Shown: in pieces, positions 21,224 through 31,599 of the stretch
Numbering within the stretch: the first letter of the stretch is position 1
How the letters are laid out: each line of letters begins with the position of its first letter
Source of the DNA: an uncultured Spirochaetota bacterium
GTDB lineage: Bacteria > Spirochaetota > Brevinematia > Brevinematales > JAOACQ01
Assembly: GCA_963835575.1 (NCBI GenBank)
Contig: CAWIGG010000002.1
Coordinates: forward strand, 1,504,001-1,568,000
Length of the DNA: 64,000 nt
Direction of reading: 5' to 3'
The notes under the pieces: generated by a model
What the model was told of the DNA's origin: nothing
The model's database searches: none
Seen by the model: the letters and a program-made list of their open reading frames with translations, nothing else
Position numbers and translations under genes: made by a program

Positions 21224-22852
21224 ATGGCAAAAGAGTTATTATTTTCAAGTGATGCCCATCAGAAGATACTTGCCGGCGTAGAGAAATTATCAAAGGCAGT
21301 GGGCGCCACATTAGGACCCCGCGGGCGGAATGTCGTCATCGATAAAAAATTCGGCGCCCCGACAATTACCCGCGACGGCGTTACAGTCGCGAAAGAAATC
21401 GAGCTTGAGGACAAGTTCGAGAACATGGGAGCCCAGCTTCTCAAAGAAGTCGCCACAAAAACAAATGACATCGCGGGCGACGGGACCACGACCGCTACCG
21501 TTCTGGCCCATGCTATTATTAAAGAAGGCTTTAAAAACGTGACGGCCGGAAGCAACCCCACCCTCATCAAGAAGGGAATTGATAAGGCAGTCGCAAAAGT
21601 TGTTGATGAGATTAAAAAGAACTCGAAGGCTGTTTCAGGAAGGGAAGAGATCCGCGATGTAGCTGCTATTTCGGCCAATAATGACCCTGCGATCGGCGAA
21701 TATATCGCAGACGCGATGGACAAGGTTGGAAAAGACGGCGTCATTACCGTTGAAGAATCCAAGTCAATGGACACATTTGTCGAAGTTGTCGAAGGTATGC
21801 AGTTCGACAGGGGTTACCTCTCTCTTTACATGGTAACCAACGCTGAGAATATGACCGCTGAACTGGAAGACCCTTTTATCCTGATCTATGACAAGAAGAT
21901 TTCTTCATTGAAGGAAATCGTGCCTCTGCTTGAAAAGATCGCTCAGAGCGGCAAGCCGCTTCTGATCATCGCCGAGGATGTTGAAGGCGAAGCCCTCGCG
22001 ACATTGATCGTCAATAAACTAAGAGGCACATTGAACTGCGTCGCTGTCAAAGCCCCGGCTTTCGGAGACAGAAGAAAGGCAATGCTTGAAGACATCGCCG
22101 TTCTGACCAAGGCCCAGGTTATTTCTGATGAAAAAGGCATGAAGATAGAAAACGCGACTTTGAACGATCTCGGCCATGCCAAGAAAGTTAAAGTTGATAA
22201 AGATAATACCGTTATCGTAGACGGAGCCGGATCAAAAGAAGACATCCAAGCCCGGATTAAACAGATCAAAAAGCAGATCGAAGACACGACATCCGATTAT
22301 GATAAAGAAAAACTTCAGGAAAGACTTGCCAAGATTTCAGGCGGCGTCGCCGTTATCAAAGTCGGCGCGGCCACTGAAGTAGAATTAAAAGAGAAAAAGG
22401 CGAGAGTTGAAGACGCTCTATCAGCCACAAAAGCGGCGATAGAAGAAGGCATCGTGTCCGGCGGCGGCCTTGCTTTGCTCAAGTGCCAGAAAGTTCTAAA
22501 TAATGTAAAAGCCGATAATCCTGAAGAACAGGTCGGTATAGACATTATCAGGAAAGCCCTGGAAGCTCCGATGAGAATGATCGCCGATAATGCCGGCATC
22601 GATGGATCGGTTATTGTTTACAAAGCGAAGGAAGCAAAAGAAGGGATCGGCTATAACGCCCTGACGGATGAATGGGTTGATATGGTCAAAGCCGGCATCA
22701 TTGACCCGGCCAAAGTGGAAAGGACAGCCCTTCAGAACGCCGCGAGTATAACCGGCCTCCTGCTTATCACGGAAGTTATGATTACAGACAAGCCGGAAAA
22801 AGAAAAGATGCCTCAAATGCCCGGCGGCGGCGGTATGGGCGATATGTATTAA
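21224..22852 (+). CDS. groL: Chaperonin GroEL
   Basis: [22 protein letters not shown] tail. Confidence 0.99.
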   Translation: MAKELLFSSDAHQKILAGVEKLSKAVGATLGPRGRNVVIDKKFGAPTITRDGVTVAKEIELEDKFENMGAQLLKEVATKTNDIAGDGTTTATVLAHAIIKEGFKNVTAGSNPTLIKKGIDKAVAKVVDEIKKNSKAVSGREEIRDVAAISANNDPAIGEYIADAMDKVGKDGVITVEESKSMDTFVEVVEGMQFDRGYLSLYMVTNAENMTAELEDPFILIYDKKISSLKEIVPLLEKIAQSGKPLLIIAEDVEGEALATLIVNKLRGTLNCVAVKAPAFGDRRKAMLEDIAVLTKAQVISDEKGMKIENATLNDLGHAKKVKVDKDNTVIVDGAGSKEDIQARIKQIKKQIEDTTSDYDKEKLQERLAKISGGVAVIKVGAATEVELKEKKARVEDALSATKAAIEEGIVSGGGLALLKCQKVLNNVKADNPEEQVGIDIIRKALEAPMRMIADNAGIDGSVIVYKAKEAKEGIGYNALTDEWVDMVKAGIIDPAKVERTALQNAASITGLLLITEVMITDKPEKEKMPQMPGGGGMGDMY

Positions 22853-22862
22853 AGATTTTTAT

Positions 22863-22893
22863 AAAAAAGGCGGCTTTAAAAAGCCGCCTTTTT
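22863..22893. terminator. Bidirectional intrinsic terminator between groL and the BatD gene
   Basis: AAAAAAGGCGGCTT-TAAA-AAGCCGCCTTTTT between convergent genes. Confidence 0.85.
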
Positions 22894-22900
22894 CTTTTCT

Positions 22901-24592
22901 CTAATGGACGCTTCCAAATACCGTTTCTGCCTTTTTTAAAAGAATATCAAGATCGGCCTTGATTATTTTCCCGCTGTAAGCGCCGGTCATGCATTCCTCA
23001 TTGATCTCTTTTACCGCGCTGATCACCTCATCCTGAAAATTCCTTTCTTTTAAACATGTTAATAATTCCCTGAAAGGAATGCCCTGAGGAAGACGGAGTT
23101 TATCAGTAAGATAATAAAAAACACCTTTTTGAAGGGCAACATAAAAAGAAGGATAATCGCCTTTCTCGTAACTTTTACGGGCATCGGAGAGATAGCGGGA
23201 AAACTTTTTTCCCGCCAGAAAATTTCTCGCGTAATCAAGATCGGTCCGCATCCTGGTCTTGTGCCTGCCGTAAAACCAAGAGGCGACCGGCAACATTATA
23301 AAAAGAACCAATATTAATATAACCAGAGGATTAAAGAGAAGGAACTGGAAATTCTCCGGCCTGCCGATATTTTTGTAATGATATTCTTTTTGAGCCGCAA
23401 TATTTTTGTTATCCAGAACTTTTAGAGAGAAAGAACCGATTTCCGCTGCCCTGGGCTTGATGTTTCTATCGTAATAGTTTATCTTAACGGGCGGGATTGC
23501 ATAGTCTCCCGCTTTCTGCGCGAGTATTTTATATTTTATCTCCTGTTCGAAAACGGCTGTGCCGTTTTTAAAAGACTGGAGCTTCAACTGGGTTTCGGGC
23601 GAGGATATAAATAATCCGTCGATTTTTAAATCGCCGTAGGGATTTGACAGAGATTTTAAATTTCCATCGCCTTTCATCCTGACCGTCAGTTCAATATCTT
23701 TGCCGGCATCAATCCGGCCGGCGGGCTTATCCCTCTCTACTTCCAGATTGCCGATATAGGAAATGCCCGATTCCTCTTTCAATCGCACCGAATTGACCGC
23801 AACGGCATCCCCTAAAACCCTCAGCTGGCCGTACGGAGTTACGGCAATCAGAGAGGGAGGCGACACAGCCACCTGGCCCGCCTCTATCGGGAAAAGGACA
23901 ATTCTTTCATAAAGCTTCCGGTAAAAATTTCCGTCCCTGACAACCTGCATTTGATTGGAAGGTATGGCCGGGGTCAGATCGATTAAAAACGCCTTATCGG
24001 TCCTGACGGGGACCGTTTCCTTGTATTCATAATCAAAAGCGTCCTTATCGGAAGAAAGCAGATAGACATCCACCACAACCTGCTGGTTCTGATACGCCGA
24101 ATTCAGCGAAGGGACCAGCCTGACGAAAATCTCCGGCACTTTTTCCTTTTCATTAAATAATTCCTCAAAAGGAGAGAAAATGCCGCCGCTGCCCTTGTTC
24201 TTTTTCTTCGCTCCCTTAACCACCTTCAATGCGAGGCTTTTTGTAAAGTAAGACTGCTGATTGATGGTGACCTCAAACGGGGGAATTTCCAGCGTCCCCG
24301 TCTTTTTCGGTGATAGGAGAAAAGTATAGGTAAAACTCGTTTTCTGCGTCACTTTTCCGTTGATGATAGACACCTGAGAGTTCTGGGACTGCCCCGCCTG
24401 GGCAAGATCAAAGCCCTTGGACTTAGGCGGTTTGATTTTCTGAGCCTGCTGGTTCAATTCGACCGTGATCTCGGCCTGCTCGTTCAGTCCTATCTCGTCC
24501 TGATCGATAGAGACGGAAACGGAAGGCGCTTCGGAGAATAAAAGCGCGGGAAATAATAAAAGGAATAATATTCTTAAGAAGTTCTTAATCAT
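22901..24592 (-). CDS. BatD family protein
   Basis: Signal peptide, SQNSQVSIINGK...TYTFLLSPKKTGTLEIPPF, repeated Ig-like domains, C-terminal TM. Confidence 0.8.
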   Translation of the reverse strand: MIKNFLRILFLLLFPALLFSEAPSVSVSIDQDEIGLNEQAEITVELNQQAQKIKPPKSKGFDLAQAGQSQNSQVSIINGKVTQKTSFTYTFLLSPKKTGTLEIPPFEVTINQQSYFTKSLALKVVKGAKKKNKGSGGIFSPFEELFNEKEKVPEIFVRLVPSLNSAYQNQQVVVDVYLLSSDKDAFDYEYKETVPVRTDKAFLIDLTPAIPSNQMQVVRDGNFYRKLYERIVLFPIEAGQVAVSPPSLIAVTPYGQLRVLGDAVAVNSVRLKEESGISYIGNLEVERDKPAGRIDAGKDIELTVRMKGDGNLKSLSNPYGDLKIDGLFISSPETQLKLQSFKNGTAVFEQEIKYKILAQKAGDYAIPPVKINYYDRNIKPRAAEIGSFSLKVLDNKNIAAQKEYHYKNIGRPENFQFLLFNPLVILILVLFIMLPVASWFYGRHKTRMRTDLDYARNFLAGKKFSRYLSDARKSYEKGDYPSFYVALQKGVFYYLTDKLRLPQGIPFRELLTCLKERNFQDEVISAVKEINEECMTGAYSGKIIKADLDILLKKAETVFGSVH

Positions 24593-24874
24593 AGTGACAT
24601 TACCTGTTTAATATGGCTTTATTATAAGCTATCTTATGAAAAAGAAAAAATATTTTCAAAATTTACAGTCAATTCCGAGCATTTTAGTCTATAATAATAT
24701 AGATACTGATAAAAGTGAAAACAAACTATATAAGAATCTTAATCTCGAACTGTAAGGATAGCTATAAATTGGAGGAGATTTATGATTACAAACCACATTT
24801 TATTATTAAATTCAATTGTAACAAATGTTGTGTTAAAAGCAATTGAAAAGTCAGACTGGATAACAATTTTGAAT

Positions 24875-26270
24875 GAGTTTTTGTCAAATGTTGTGTATGA
24901 CATACCCTCTCATTTTTTTATGCTGCCTTTTTTACAAGCTCTCCGTTCTCAAAAACAGCGCCTTCCAATACAAGGCAAATCTTTTCATAACCTCTTAATT
25001 TTCTCCATCGCCTGGATGCCTTATCCAGTAATTTATAGACCATTATTAGAATCGTTTCCCTGGTTCCGCAGCCTCTCATCTTTTTAGTTCTTAATCGAAC
25101 TGTAGAGAAGGTAGATTCTATTACGTTTGTCGTACGGATATGTACCCAATGTTCCGCCGGACAGTTATAAAATTCGATCATAAGCTCCCAATCTTTTTCT
25201 AAACATTCGACAGCTGCTGGATATTTAGGATTAAAAACCGCCTGGAATAATTCAAAAGCTTTGATAGCATTATCCTTATCAGGAGCATTGCATATCTCAT
25301 GAAGCATCTCTTTTGCCTTTGACTGTAATACTTTGGGCAGCTTGTTTAGAATGTTCTTTATCTTATGAACCCAGCATCTCTGCCATCTGGATTCAGGATA
25401 TACTTCTTTGGCTGCTTTCCAGAATCCAAGGCTTCCGTCTCCGATAAAAAGAATAGGACCTTTCAAACCTTTTTCTTTTAGGTTTCTTAATATCCCTAAC
25501 CAAGTCTCGGAATTCTCTCTGTAACCTTCTTCAACAAGAATAATCTCCTTTTCACCATTCTCATTGGCTCCGATCATTACAAGAGTGCATAAACGGTCTT
25601 CGCTGCCCTGTACATTGAAGTAAATGCCGTCAACCCATATATAGCAATACTTTTTATCGCTTAAATCGGATGTCCGCCACTCATCATATTCTTTACCCCA
25701 TCCTTGTTTCATTCTGCTTATACTTGAGGCTGATAATCCTTTCGCTTCTTCACCAAGCAATCCTCTCAAGGCATTCTCCATATCCATCTCTGAGACTCCA
25801 TAGAGATACAACAATGGAATGGCTTCCTCAATTCTCAGGCTTTTTCTCATATACGGCGGTACTATTAGGCTTTGAAAATTGTCGCCTCCGAGTCGGTTCC
25901 TTGTTCTCGGAATACATACATCAATAGCCCCTCCACCAATGAGAATCTGACGGGCTTTATGATACCCATTTCTTACTATTGCCTTTCTCCCGTCTTCGAT
26001 AGTTAAATGCTCTCTCTCCTGAAGAAACCCATTAATTTCATCTTCCAGAGCCTTCTTGATTATTTCCCTGGCCCCGATCCTTGCCAATTCTTCAAGACAT
26101 AAAAATTCTACTGTTTCATCTTGATTAAAAGCCTGTAAGAGCTTAAAATCTTCGTTGTGCTTCGGCATATGGCGTATTCCTCCTTTTGTTTATTGTCGTA
26201 AATAAATTATAGAGGGTACGCCATCTTTTTTATAATATTTATTCCTATACACAACTTTCTATTATAACTC
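24875..26270 (-). mobile_element. IS256-family element
   Basis: Imperfect TIR GAGTT...GTTGTGTAT; 8-bp TSD TTTTGAAT at 24867-24874 and 26271-26278. Confidence 0.93.
24918..26168 (-). CDS. IS256-family (Mutator-type) transposase
   Basis: RNGYH, YIWVDG, IGDGSLGF, QRCWVHK, IRTTNVIES. Confidence 0.95.
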   Translation of the reverse strand: MPKHNEDFKLLQAFNQDETVEFLCLEELARIGAREIIKKALEDEINGFLQEREHLTIEDGRKAIVRNGYHKARQILIGGGAIDVCIPRTRNRLGGDNFQSLIVPPYMRKSLRIEEAIPLLYLYGVSEMDMENALRGLLGEEAKGLSASSISRMKQGWGKEYDEWRTSDLSDKKYCYIWVDGIYFNVQGSEDRLCTLVMIGANENGEKEIILVEEGYRENSETWLGILRNLKEKGLKGPILFIGDGSLGFWKAAKEVYPESRWQRCWVHKIKNILNKLPKVLQSKAKEMLHEICNAPDKDNAIKAFELFQAVFNPKYPAAVECLEKDWELMIEFYNCPAEHWVHIRTTNVIESTFSTVRLRTKKMRGCGTRETILIMVYKLLDKASRRWRKLRGYEKICLVLEGAVFENGELVKKAA

Positions 26271-26883
26271 TTTTGAATATTTTAATAGCTTTATTTGCTT
26301 TAATATCTTCAATTATTGCTATATATATTTCTTCAAAAAATGCAAAAAGAACGATAGATTATACTATTTTGGATAAAATATTAAGTGAATATCGAACATT
26401 AGAAATGCATAGAAGCTTGAAATATATAATAAAGTATTATAAGGAGAATGGAGATGGAATTGGGGAACTTCTAAAGATAAAAATGAGTAATGATACTAAA
26501 TCGAATGAATTAAATTATTATACCGGTTTTTTGAATATAGAATTAGATTCTCATAGAAGATTTATAACTCATTTTTTCCGTAAAATCGCTGAATATGAAA
26601 AAAAAGGTTTTTTATCTGAGTATGACATTAGAGAAATATACGATCCAATTGATTTGGATTTTTTAAATAACATAATTATTCCAATAGAAAAATATATTTT
26701 AAGAAATAAACATGATAATAAAATCCAGACTAATAAAACTATTGATTTGCTTCAATATTTTTATGATAAATATGGCAGATTAGAAGTGCGTATTCCGGTG
26801 AAATGTGCCGGGGTTCCGGGCGAAATGTTACCACTTTTCAAAACACTAAAATTCCCAAAACATTTTAAGGCAGGTGGCATGTT

Positions 26884-27627
26884 TCATCCAGAATCTTTAG
26901 CATAAATTTTACGCATAGAATCAACCCCCTTCAATTCGATTTTAATAGCAGAATGATTTATCCTGTCACAGATTGCGTCAGCTATCGTAGGATCACCGAT
27001 TTTTTCAAACCAATCTTTTACCGGCAGCTGAGAAGTTATCAAAGTAGAGTTTTTACCATGCCGGTCCTCAAGCATTTCCAGAAGAGACAATCTTGAGGGT
27101 GTATCAAGAATTTCAAGACCAAAATCATCCAGTATCAATAAATCCTGCTTCTGGATAAAATTCATTTCTTTTGAGTAACTACCTTCCGCTTTTGCGAATT
27201 TTAACCGGGTAAAAATCTTCAAACAGTTGAAATAAAGGGTCCTGTAGCCCTGCCGGCAAGCCTGATTACCGAAAGCTGATGCAAGATAGCTTTTCCCGCT
27301 GCCGGTAGCGCCTGTAATAATCATATTTTCTTTCTTTCGTATCCAATCACAATTCGAAAGCCTCAATATCAGATTTTTATCCAGTTCTCTATCCGCACGG
27401 TAAGAAAGATTCTCCAGACCAGCCTGATATCTGAAACGCCCTCTTTTGATTAAAGATGACAGTTTCCGATTATACCTTTCGTCCCATTCCGAATCCACAA
27501 GATGCGCAATTGTTTCATCGGCAGTCAGGCCGTCAGGCGTTTTACCGGCAATGATATCCTCAAACGCCCTGGACATCCCATGCAGTTTCATCTTCTGCAT
27601 TTTTTCAATAGTTGCTTCATTGGTCAT
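26884..27627 (-). CDS. istB: IS21 helper ATPase IstB
   Basis: Walker A GATGSGKS, Walker B LLILDDFG, TSQLP, ADAICDR. Confidence 0.95.
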   Translation of the reverse strand: MTNEATIEKMQKMKLHGMSRAFEDIIAGKTPDGLTADETIAHLVDSEWDERYNRKLSSLIKRGRFRYQAGLENLSYRADRELDKNLILRLSNCDWIRKKENMIITGATGSGKSYLASAFGNQACRQGYRTLYFNCLKIFTRLKFAKAEGSYSKEMNFIQKQDLLILDDFGLEILDTPSRLSLLEMLEDRHGKNSTLITSQLPVKDWFEKIGDPTIADAICDRINHSAIKIELKGVDSMRKIYAKDSG

Positions 27628-27639
27628 ATTCAGTTCCTC

Positions 27640-29196
27640 CTATTCAAAATATTCTCTTCCGCGGATATTTTCATGCATCTTAACGGCCGGAAACAGTACC
27701 GATTCTTCCTCAAAATTATCCAGGCCTTTCTCCAGAATCCGCTTTATTCCCTGATATGAATAATACTGAAAATCAAGCGCCCGTTTACAGGCTTTATCGA
27801 GCCTTTCTTTTCCGAGTTTTTTGGCCAGGCTTAAGATGCCCAGACAGACCTTATATGCCTGTTCTGGATAATCCCTGCTTTGCAGGACTCTCTTTATCAT
27901 TTCTTCAACATCCGGACCAAGCGACTTACCCCAATGTGTTAACTTCTCCGGATTCCAGTCTCCGACCCACCTGTGATGGGGCGGCATATGTTCATGTGTG
28001 GTTGTATAAACTTGCTTTCTACGGTCCCGTGGATAGGCTGCAATGCGGATATTATCAACAAATATTTCCACTGTCCGATCGGAAGTAACAATATCTGCCA
28101 TTTTGCCTCTATATCGATATGGAACGCTGTAGTAATGAGAATCTTCTTTGAGACAGACATGATAGTTGAATTGGATCTTAGCTTTTGAGAAGCTTTTAAA
28201 ACTGTATCTTTCCTTCGGAAGCGGTTTTAACTCTTTCCGTTCTGTTTCCTCGAAAAATTCCCGCCTGCTGACTTTGAGCTTCTGCATCTTCTTTGAATTA
28301 TAGATTCCCAATTGTTCCCGTATAGCAATATTCAATTCTCCCAGAGTATAAAAAACTCTATTCCTGAGAACGGCAAATATCCAGCTGTAGGTGATTTTTA
28401 CGGCGTTTTCAACGTGTGCTTTATCTCGCGGTTTATATGGTCTTGCAGGGAGGGGACACATAGAATAATGTCTGCAAAAATTCTGAAATTCAGAATTAAT
28501 TGCAGGTTCATATTTATTGCCCAACGTTACAGCGCTTTTTAAACAATCGGGTATTATGGCTCTTGGTGATCCTCCGAAGTAATACAACGCGTTCTCGATA
28601 GCCCTGATTAAGTCTTCTTTCTTCTGGCTATCCGTCGCTTCCACATATGTATACTGGCTTGCTCCAAGAATGGCTACGAATACCTCTTTCTCTATAACTT
28701 CTCCTGTGGAACGGTCTACAATCGGAAATTTCGCGCCGGTAAAATCAACAAAAAGCTTGTCTCCGGCCTTGTATTCCTGGTGCATGGATATTTCAAGAGA
28801 ACCTTTCCAGATGCCGTAGTGATAGCAGAATTGAGAATAGCGATAGCCTCCTGGATATTTTCTCAGGTATTCTTCCCAAAGCAATCTCAGATTGACGCCT
28901 GTACGCAGTAGTTCCTTACTGTATTCGGGGAATTCATTGTACAGATTATCCTTTTCGGTTTCTTCCTGACTGTCACCTTCTGCCATCGATTCGAAAATTT
29001 CAATTAAAGCAGAATCGCTCATTTCATAAATTTCCGCGATGGTTAGGCCGCTTTTTTCAAACCTGGATATATATCTTTGCACGGTTGGCCTGGAAATATC
29101 CAGGGCCTTTGATGTCACACGGCAGCTCAGGCCGTTTTCTTTGATCATCCGGATCACTTCCCGGATTTTCTTCATAGGCTTCCTCCTGTTCGGCAT
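27640..29196 (-). CDS. istA: IS21 transposase IstA
   Basis: FVDFTG, IIPDCLKSAV, PRDKAHVENAV, HYYSVPY. Confidence 0.95.
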   Translation of the reverse strand: MPNRRKPMKKIREVIRMIKENGLSCRVTSKALDISRPTVQRYISRFEKSGLTIAEIYEMSDSALIEIFESMAEGDSQEETEKDNLYNEFPEYSKELLRTGVNLRLLWEEYLRKYPGGYRYSQFCYHYGIWKGSLEISMHQEYKAGDKLFVDFTGAKFPIVDRSTGEVIEKEVFVAILGASQYTYVEATDSQKKEDLIRAIENALYYFGGSPRAIIPDCLKSAVTLGNKYEPAINSEFQNFCRHYSMCPLPARPYKPRDKAHVENAVKITYSWIFAVLRNRVFYTLGELNIAIREQLGIYNSKKMQKLKVSRREFFEETERKELKPLPKERYSFKSFSKAKIQFNYHVCLKEDSHYYSVPYRYRGKMADIVTSDRTVEIFVDNIRIAAYPRDRRKQVYTTTHEHMPPHHRWVGDWNPEKLTHWGKSLGPDVEEMIKRVLQSRDYPEQAYKVCLGILSLAKKLGKERLDKACKRALDFQYYSYQGIKRILEKGLDNFEEESVLFPAVKMHENIRGREYFE

Positions 29197-29509
29197 ACCA
29201 ACTCCTTCTTATTTTTTCAAGAAGGATTAGCTTAACATTCTCGGAGGAATTCTTCGTGTTTGATTCGCTTTTTCTTATGGTAGGTGGTAACATTTCATCC
29301 GGATTACCCGGCATGTTTCACACGGATTGGGTGGCATGTTTCACCCGGAACCCCGGCATGTTTCGTCCGGATTTTCCAGAAGACCAACTTTAAAATAGCT
29401 TCTACTGTTTAAGCATTGTTTTAATAGAGATTAATCGGTAAATTCCCATACCCGGATGCGAGCCCAGTAAATCTTTCAACCGGGGAGAAGAACAATATGG
29501 AGGCTTTAA

Positions 29510-30229
29510 ATGAATAATATTAAGTATAAAGTTTATATAATAGAATCCCAACACGCAGATGATATTTTTGAGAACAGGAAAGAAGGAAAGATTTTACAAA
29601 AAAGTTTATTGTTGTCAAATATTGATTCCAGCTATTGGAATGCAATCAATCAACAATGTTTCAACAGAGCTTTTATGGAAATTCTAGATGCTATAAAACA
29701 AACAATGGAAAAAGATTCATTACTTACAGCTCCAATTATTCATATTTCTGCTCATGGAAATGAAAATGGATTTTGGTTAACAAATAAAGATTTTATTGAT
29801 TGGAAATGCTTTTCCATTTTGTTAGATATAATTAATTTTTGGTATTATGAAAGGAAACCGAGTTATAATTTAAGCCCAATTGTTTTATGTATGTCTGTGT
29901 GTGAAGGATATAATGGTTATAAAATGTATTTAGACAAAGATATATCCCCTTGTTCAATATTAATTGGTCCAGTTAAAGAGGTTAGTTGGACAGATTCAAT
30001 AACAGCATTTACAACTTTTTATCATCTTGCTATTTATAAAGATTATACCCCTATAGATTCAATAAACATAATGAATGCTTCAGCCGGTTTAAATGATGTT
30101 TTTCAAATAATTACGAGTCCTGAAGTTGATAAATTAACAAATGGGAATAATAAGCCAAAGGAAAATAGTTGCGGAGAAAAGCCTACCGATAATGCGGTAA
30201 TTCCAAACTTAGGTTTGAAGCCATCTTAA
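29510..30229 (+). CDS. Hypothetical protein, possible caspase/CHAT-like fold
   Basis: PIIHISAHGN and VLCMSVCEG resemble a His-Gly/Cys dyad; very AT-rich; GGAGG RBS. Confidence 0.5.
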   Translation: MNNIKYKVYIIESQHADDIFENRKEGKILQKSLLLSNIDSSYWNAINQQCFNRAFMEILDAIKQTMEKDSLLTAPIIHISAHGNENGFWLTNKDFIDWKCFSILLDIINFWYYERKPSYNLSPIVLCMSVCEGYNGYKMYLDKDISPCSILIGPVKEVSWTDSITAFTTFYHLAIYKDYTPIDSINIMNASAGLNDVFQIITSPEVDKLTNGNNKPKENSCGEKPTDNAVIPNLGLKPS

Positions 30230-30261
30230 CTCTAATTTTTCGGATTAAAAAGATCAATAAA

Positions 30262-30335
30262 AACCTCATAACAGCATACAGAATACTTACAATACATTAC
30301 AATCTCTGCGTTCTCTGTGTCTCCGTGGCAAATAA
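30262..30335. repeat. Degenerate periodic inverted repeat (CTCTGYG type)
   Basis: Right arm CTCTGCGTTCTCTGTGTCTCCGTGGC with ~9-nt periodicity; the left arm is eroded. Confidence 0.4.
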
Positions 30336-30419
30336 AGAATATATTTTCATCTGTATCACGTTGCCAGGTCTGTTGACTCACTATCAATTAATGATTAAAT
30401 TAATTAAAAGGAGTATATT

Positions 30420-31505
30420 ATGGAAAAAAATATAAATTATTTGTGGATCTTTTCACTATTTCTCTGTATTTCGGTGATACTTTCCTCCTGTTCCGGAGCC
30501 AACGCAAATACAGAAAGGAGAGTAATTATGGATAGCAATAAATCTAAAGCGCCTCTGGGCCTCAAAAAGGAGGATTTAAAGGCAAAACTGACACCAGAGC
30601 AGTACAACGTCGTCTGTGAAAACGGCACGGAACAGCCTTTTAAAAACGCTTACTGGGATAATCATAAAGAAGGCATTTATGTGGATATCGTATCGGGCGA
30701 GCCCCTTTTCAGTTCAACGGACAAGTTCGATTCAGGTACAGGCTGGCCGAGCTTTACAAAACCGATCGATAAAAGCGGGATAGTGGAAAAAACGGACACA
30801 ACCTTCGGCATGGTCAGGACGGAAGTCCGCAGCAAAAAAGCCGATTCCCACCTGGGCCATGTTTTTAACGACGGCCCCGACCCGACAGGCCTCCGCTACT
30901 GCATCAATTCCGCGTCGCTCCGCTTCATCCCCGTCGAGAAGATGGAACAGGAAGGCTACGGGAAATATCTCATTCTTTTCCCGGCATTCCAGAAAAAAGC
31001 CGGTAAAAAGACAGAACTCGCGGCATTCGCCGCCGGATGCTTCTGGGGAGTTCAGGCTTATTTCAGCAGAGTGAACGGGGTCATTAAAACAACCGCCGGC
31101 TATTCTGGCGGACATATCAAAGACCCGAGCTATGAGGACGTCTGCACCGGATTGACCGGGCACGCCGAATCTGTGCTGGTTGAATACGATCCCTCGAAGG
31201 TCAGCTATGAAAGGCTTCTCAAGCACTTCTGGAAAATCCATGATCCCACAACACTGAACCGGCAGGGCAATGATGTCGGCTCGCAATACCGCTCCATCAT
31301 ATTCTATCACACTCCCGAACAGCAGAAGCTGGCCGAGGAAGCAAAGAAAGCCCTTCAGTCTTCAGGCAAATATAAAGACAGGATTGTGACGGAGATCATA
31401 CCCGCCGCGGCGTTCTACAAAGCCGAGGAATATCATCAGGATTATCTGGTGAAAAACCCGGGCGGCTACTGCCACGTTAATCTGAATAATGTGAATGCTG
31501 AGTGA
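30420..31505 (+). CDS. msrAB: Methionine sulfoxide reductase MsrB-MsrA fusion with lipoprotein signal
   Basis: MsrB motifs [21 protein letters not shown] and RYCINS; MsrA motifs GCFWG and AEEYHQDY; lipobox LSSC. Confidence 0.95.
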   Translation: MEKNINYLWIFSLFLCISVILSSCSGANANTERRVIMDSNKSKAPLGLKKEDLKAKLTPEQYNVVCENGTEQPFKNAYWDNHKEGIYVDIVSGEPLFSSTDKFDSGTGWPSFTKPIDKSGIVEKTDTTFGMVRTEVRSKKADSHLGHVFNDGPDPTGLRYCINSASLRFIPVEKMEQEGYGKYLILFPAFQKKAGKKTELAAFAAGCFWGVQAYFSRVNGVIKTTAGYSGGHIKDPSYEDVCTGLTGHAESVLVEYDPSKVSYERLLKHFWKIHDPTTLNRQGNDVGSQYRSIIFYHTPEQQKLAEEAKKALQSSGKYKDRIVTEIIPAAAFYKAEEYHQDYLVKNPGGYCHVNLNNVNAE

Positions 31506-31524
31506 TATTGAAACACGTGTTCCC

Positions 31525-31596
31525 ATTCGCGTTTATTCGCGGTTCCCGTTCCTTTCCTTCGTGGTTCTTCGTGCCTTCCCGTCTTCCTGTTAAAAT
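31525..31596. repeat. Periodic TTCGYG repeat arms between convergent genes
   Basis: ATTCGCGTTTATTCGCGG and CTTCGTGGTTCTTCGTGCCTTCCCGTCTTCCTGTTAAAAT. Related to 42123-42241 and to the reverse complement of 43168-43198. Confidence 0.5.
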
Positions 31597-31599
31597 AAT

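Larger units (their letters stand above)
26787..29378 (-). mobile_element. IS21-family element
   Basis: TG...CA ends with multiple internal repeats (TGCCGGGGTTCCGGG, GAAATGTTACCAC); TSD GAAG at 26783-26786 and 29379-29382. Confidence 0.93.
24782..29393 (+). pseudogene. Membrane-anchored hypothetical protein (DUF4760-like) interrupted by IS256 and IS21
   Basis: Joining 24782-24874, 26279-26786 and 29383-29393 gives one 203-aa frame (..WITILN|ILIALFAL..YGRLE|DQL*), with a GGAGG RBS. The family call is tentative. Confidence 0.8.

Noticed and set aside
29280..29378. CRISPR-like short direct repeats (GGCATGTTTCA)
   Set aside because: These are the multiple transposase-binding repeats of the IS21 end, mirrored at 26787-26885; there are no unique spacers or cas genes.
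29436..29490. Possible c-di-GMP-I riboswitch (GGTAAA...GATGCGAGCC)
   Set aside because: It lacks the GNRA-capped stem and the resemblance is too weak without a covariance-model search.
24600..30400. Integron cassette array
   Set aside because: No integron integrase and no convincing attC (RYYYAAC...GTTRRRY) structure was seen after either gene.
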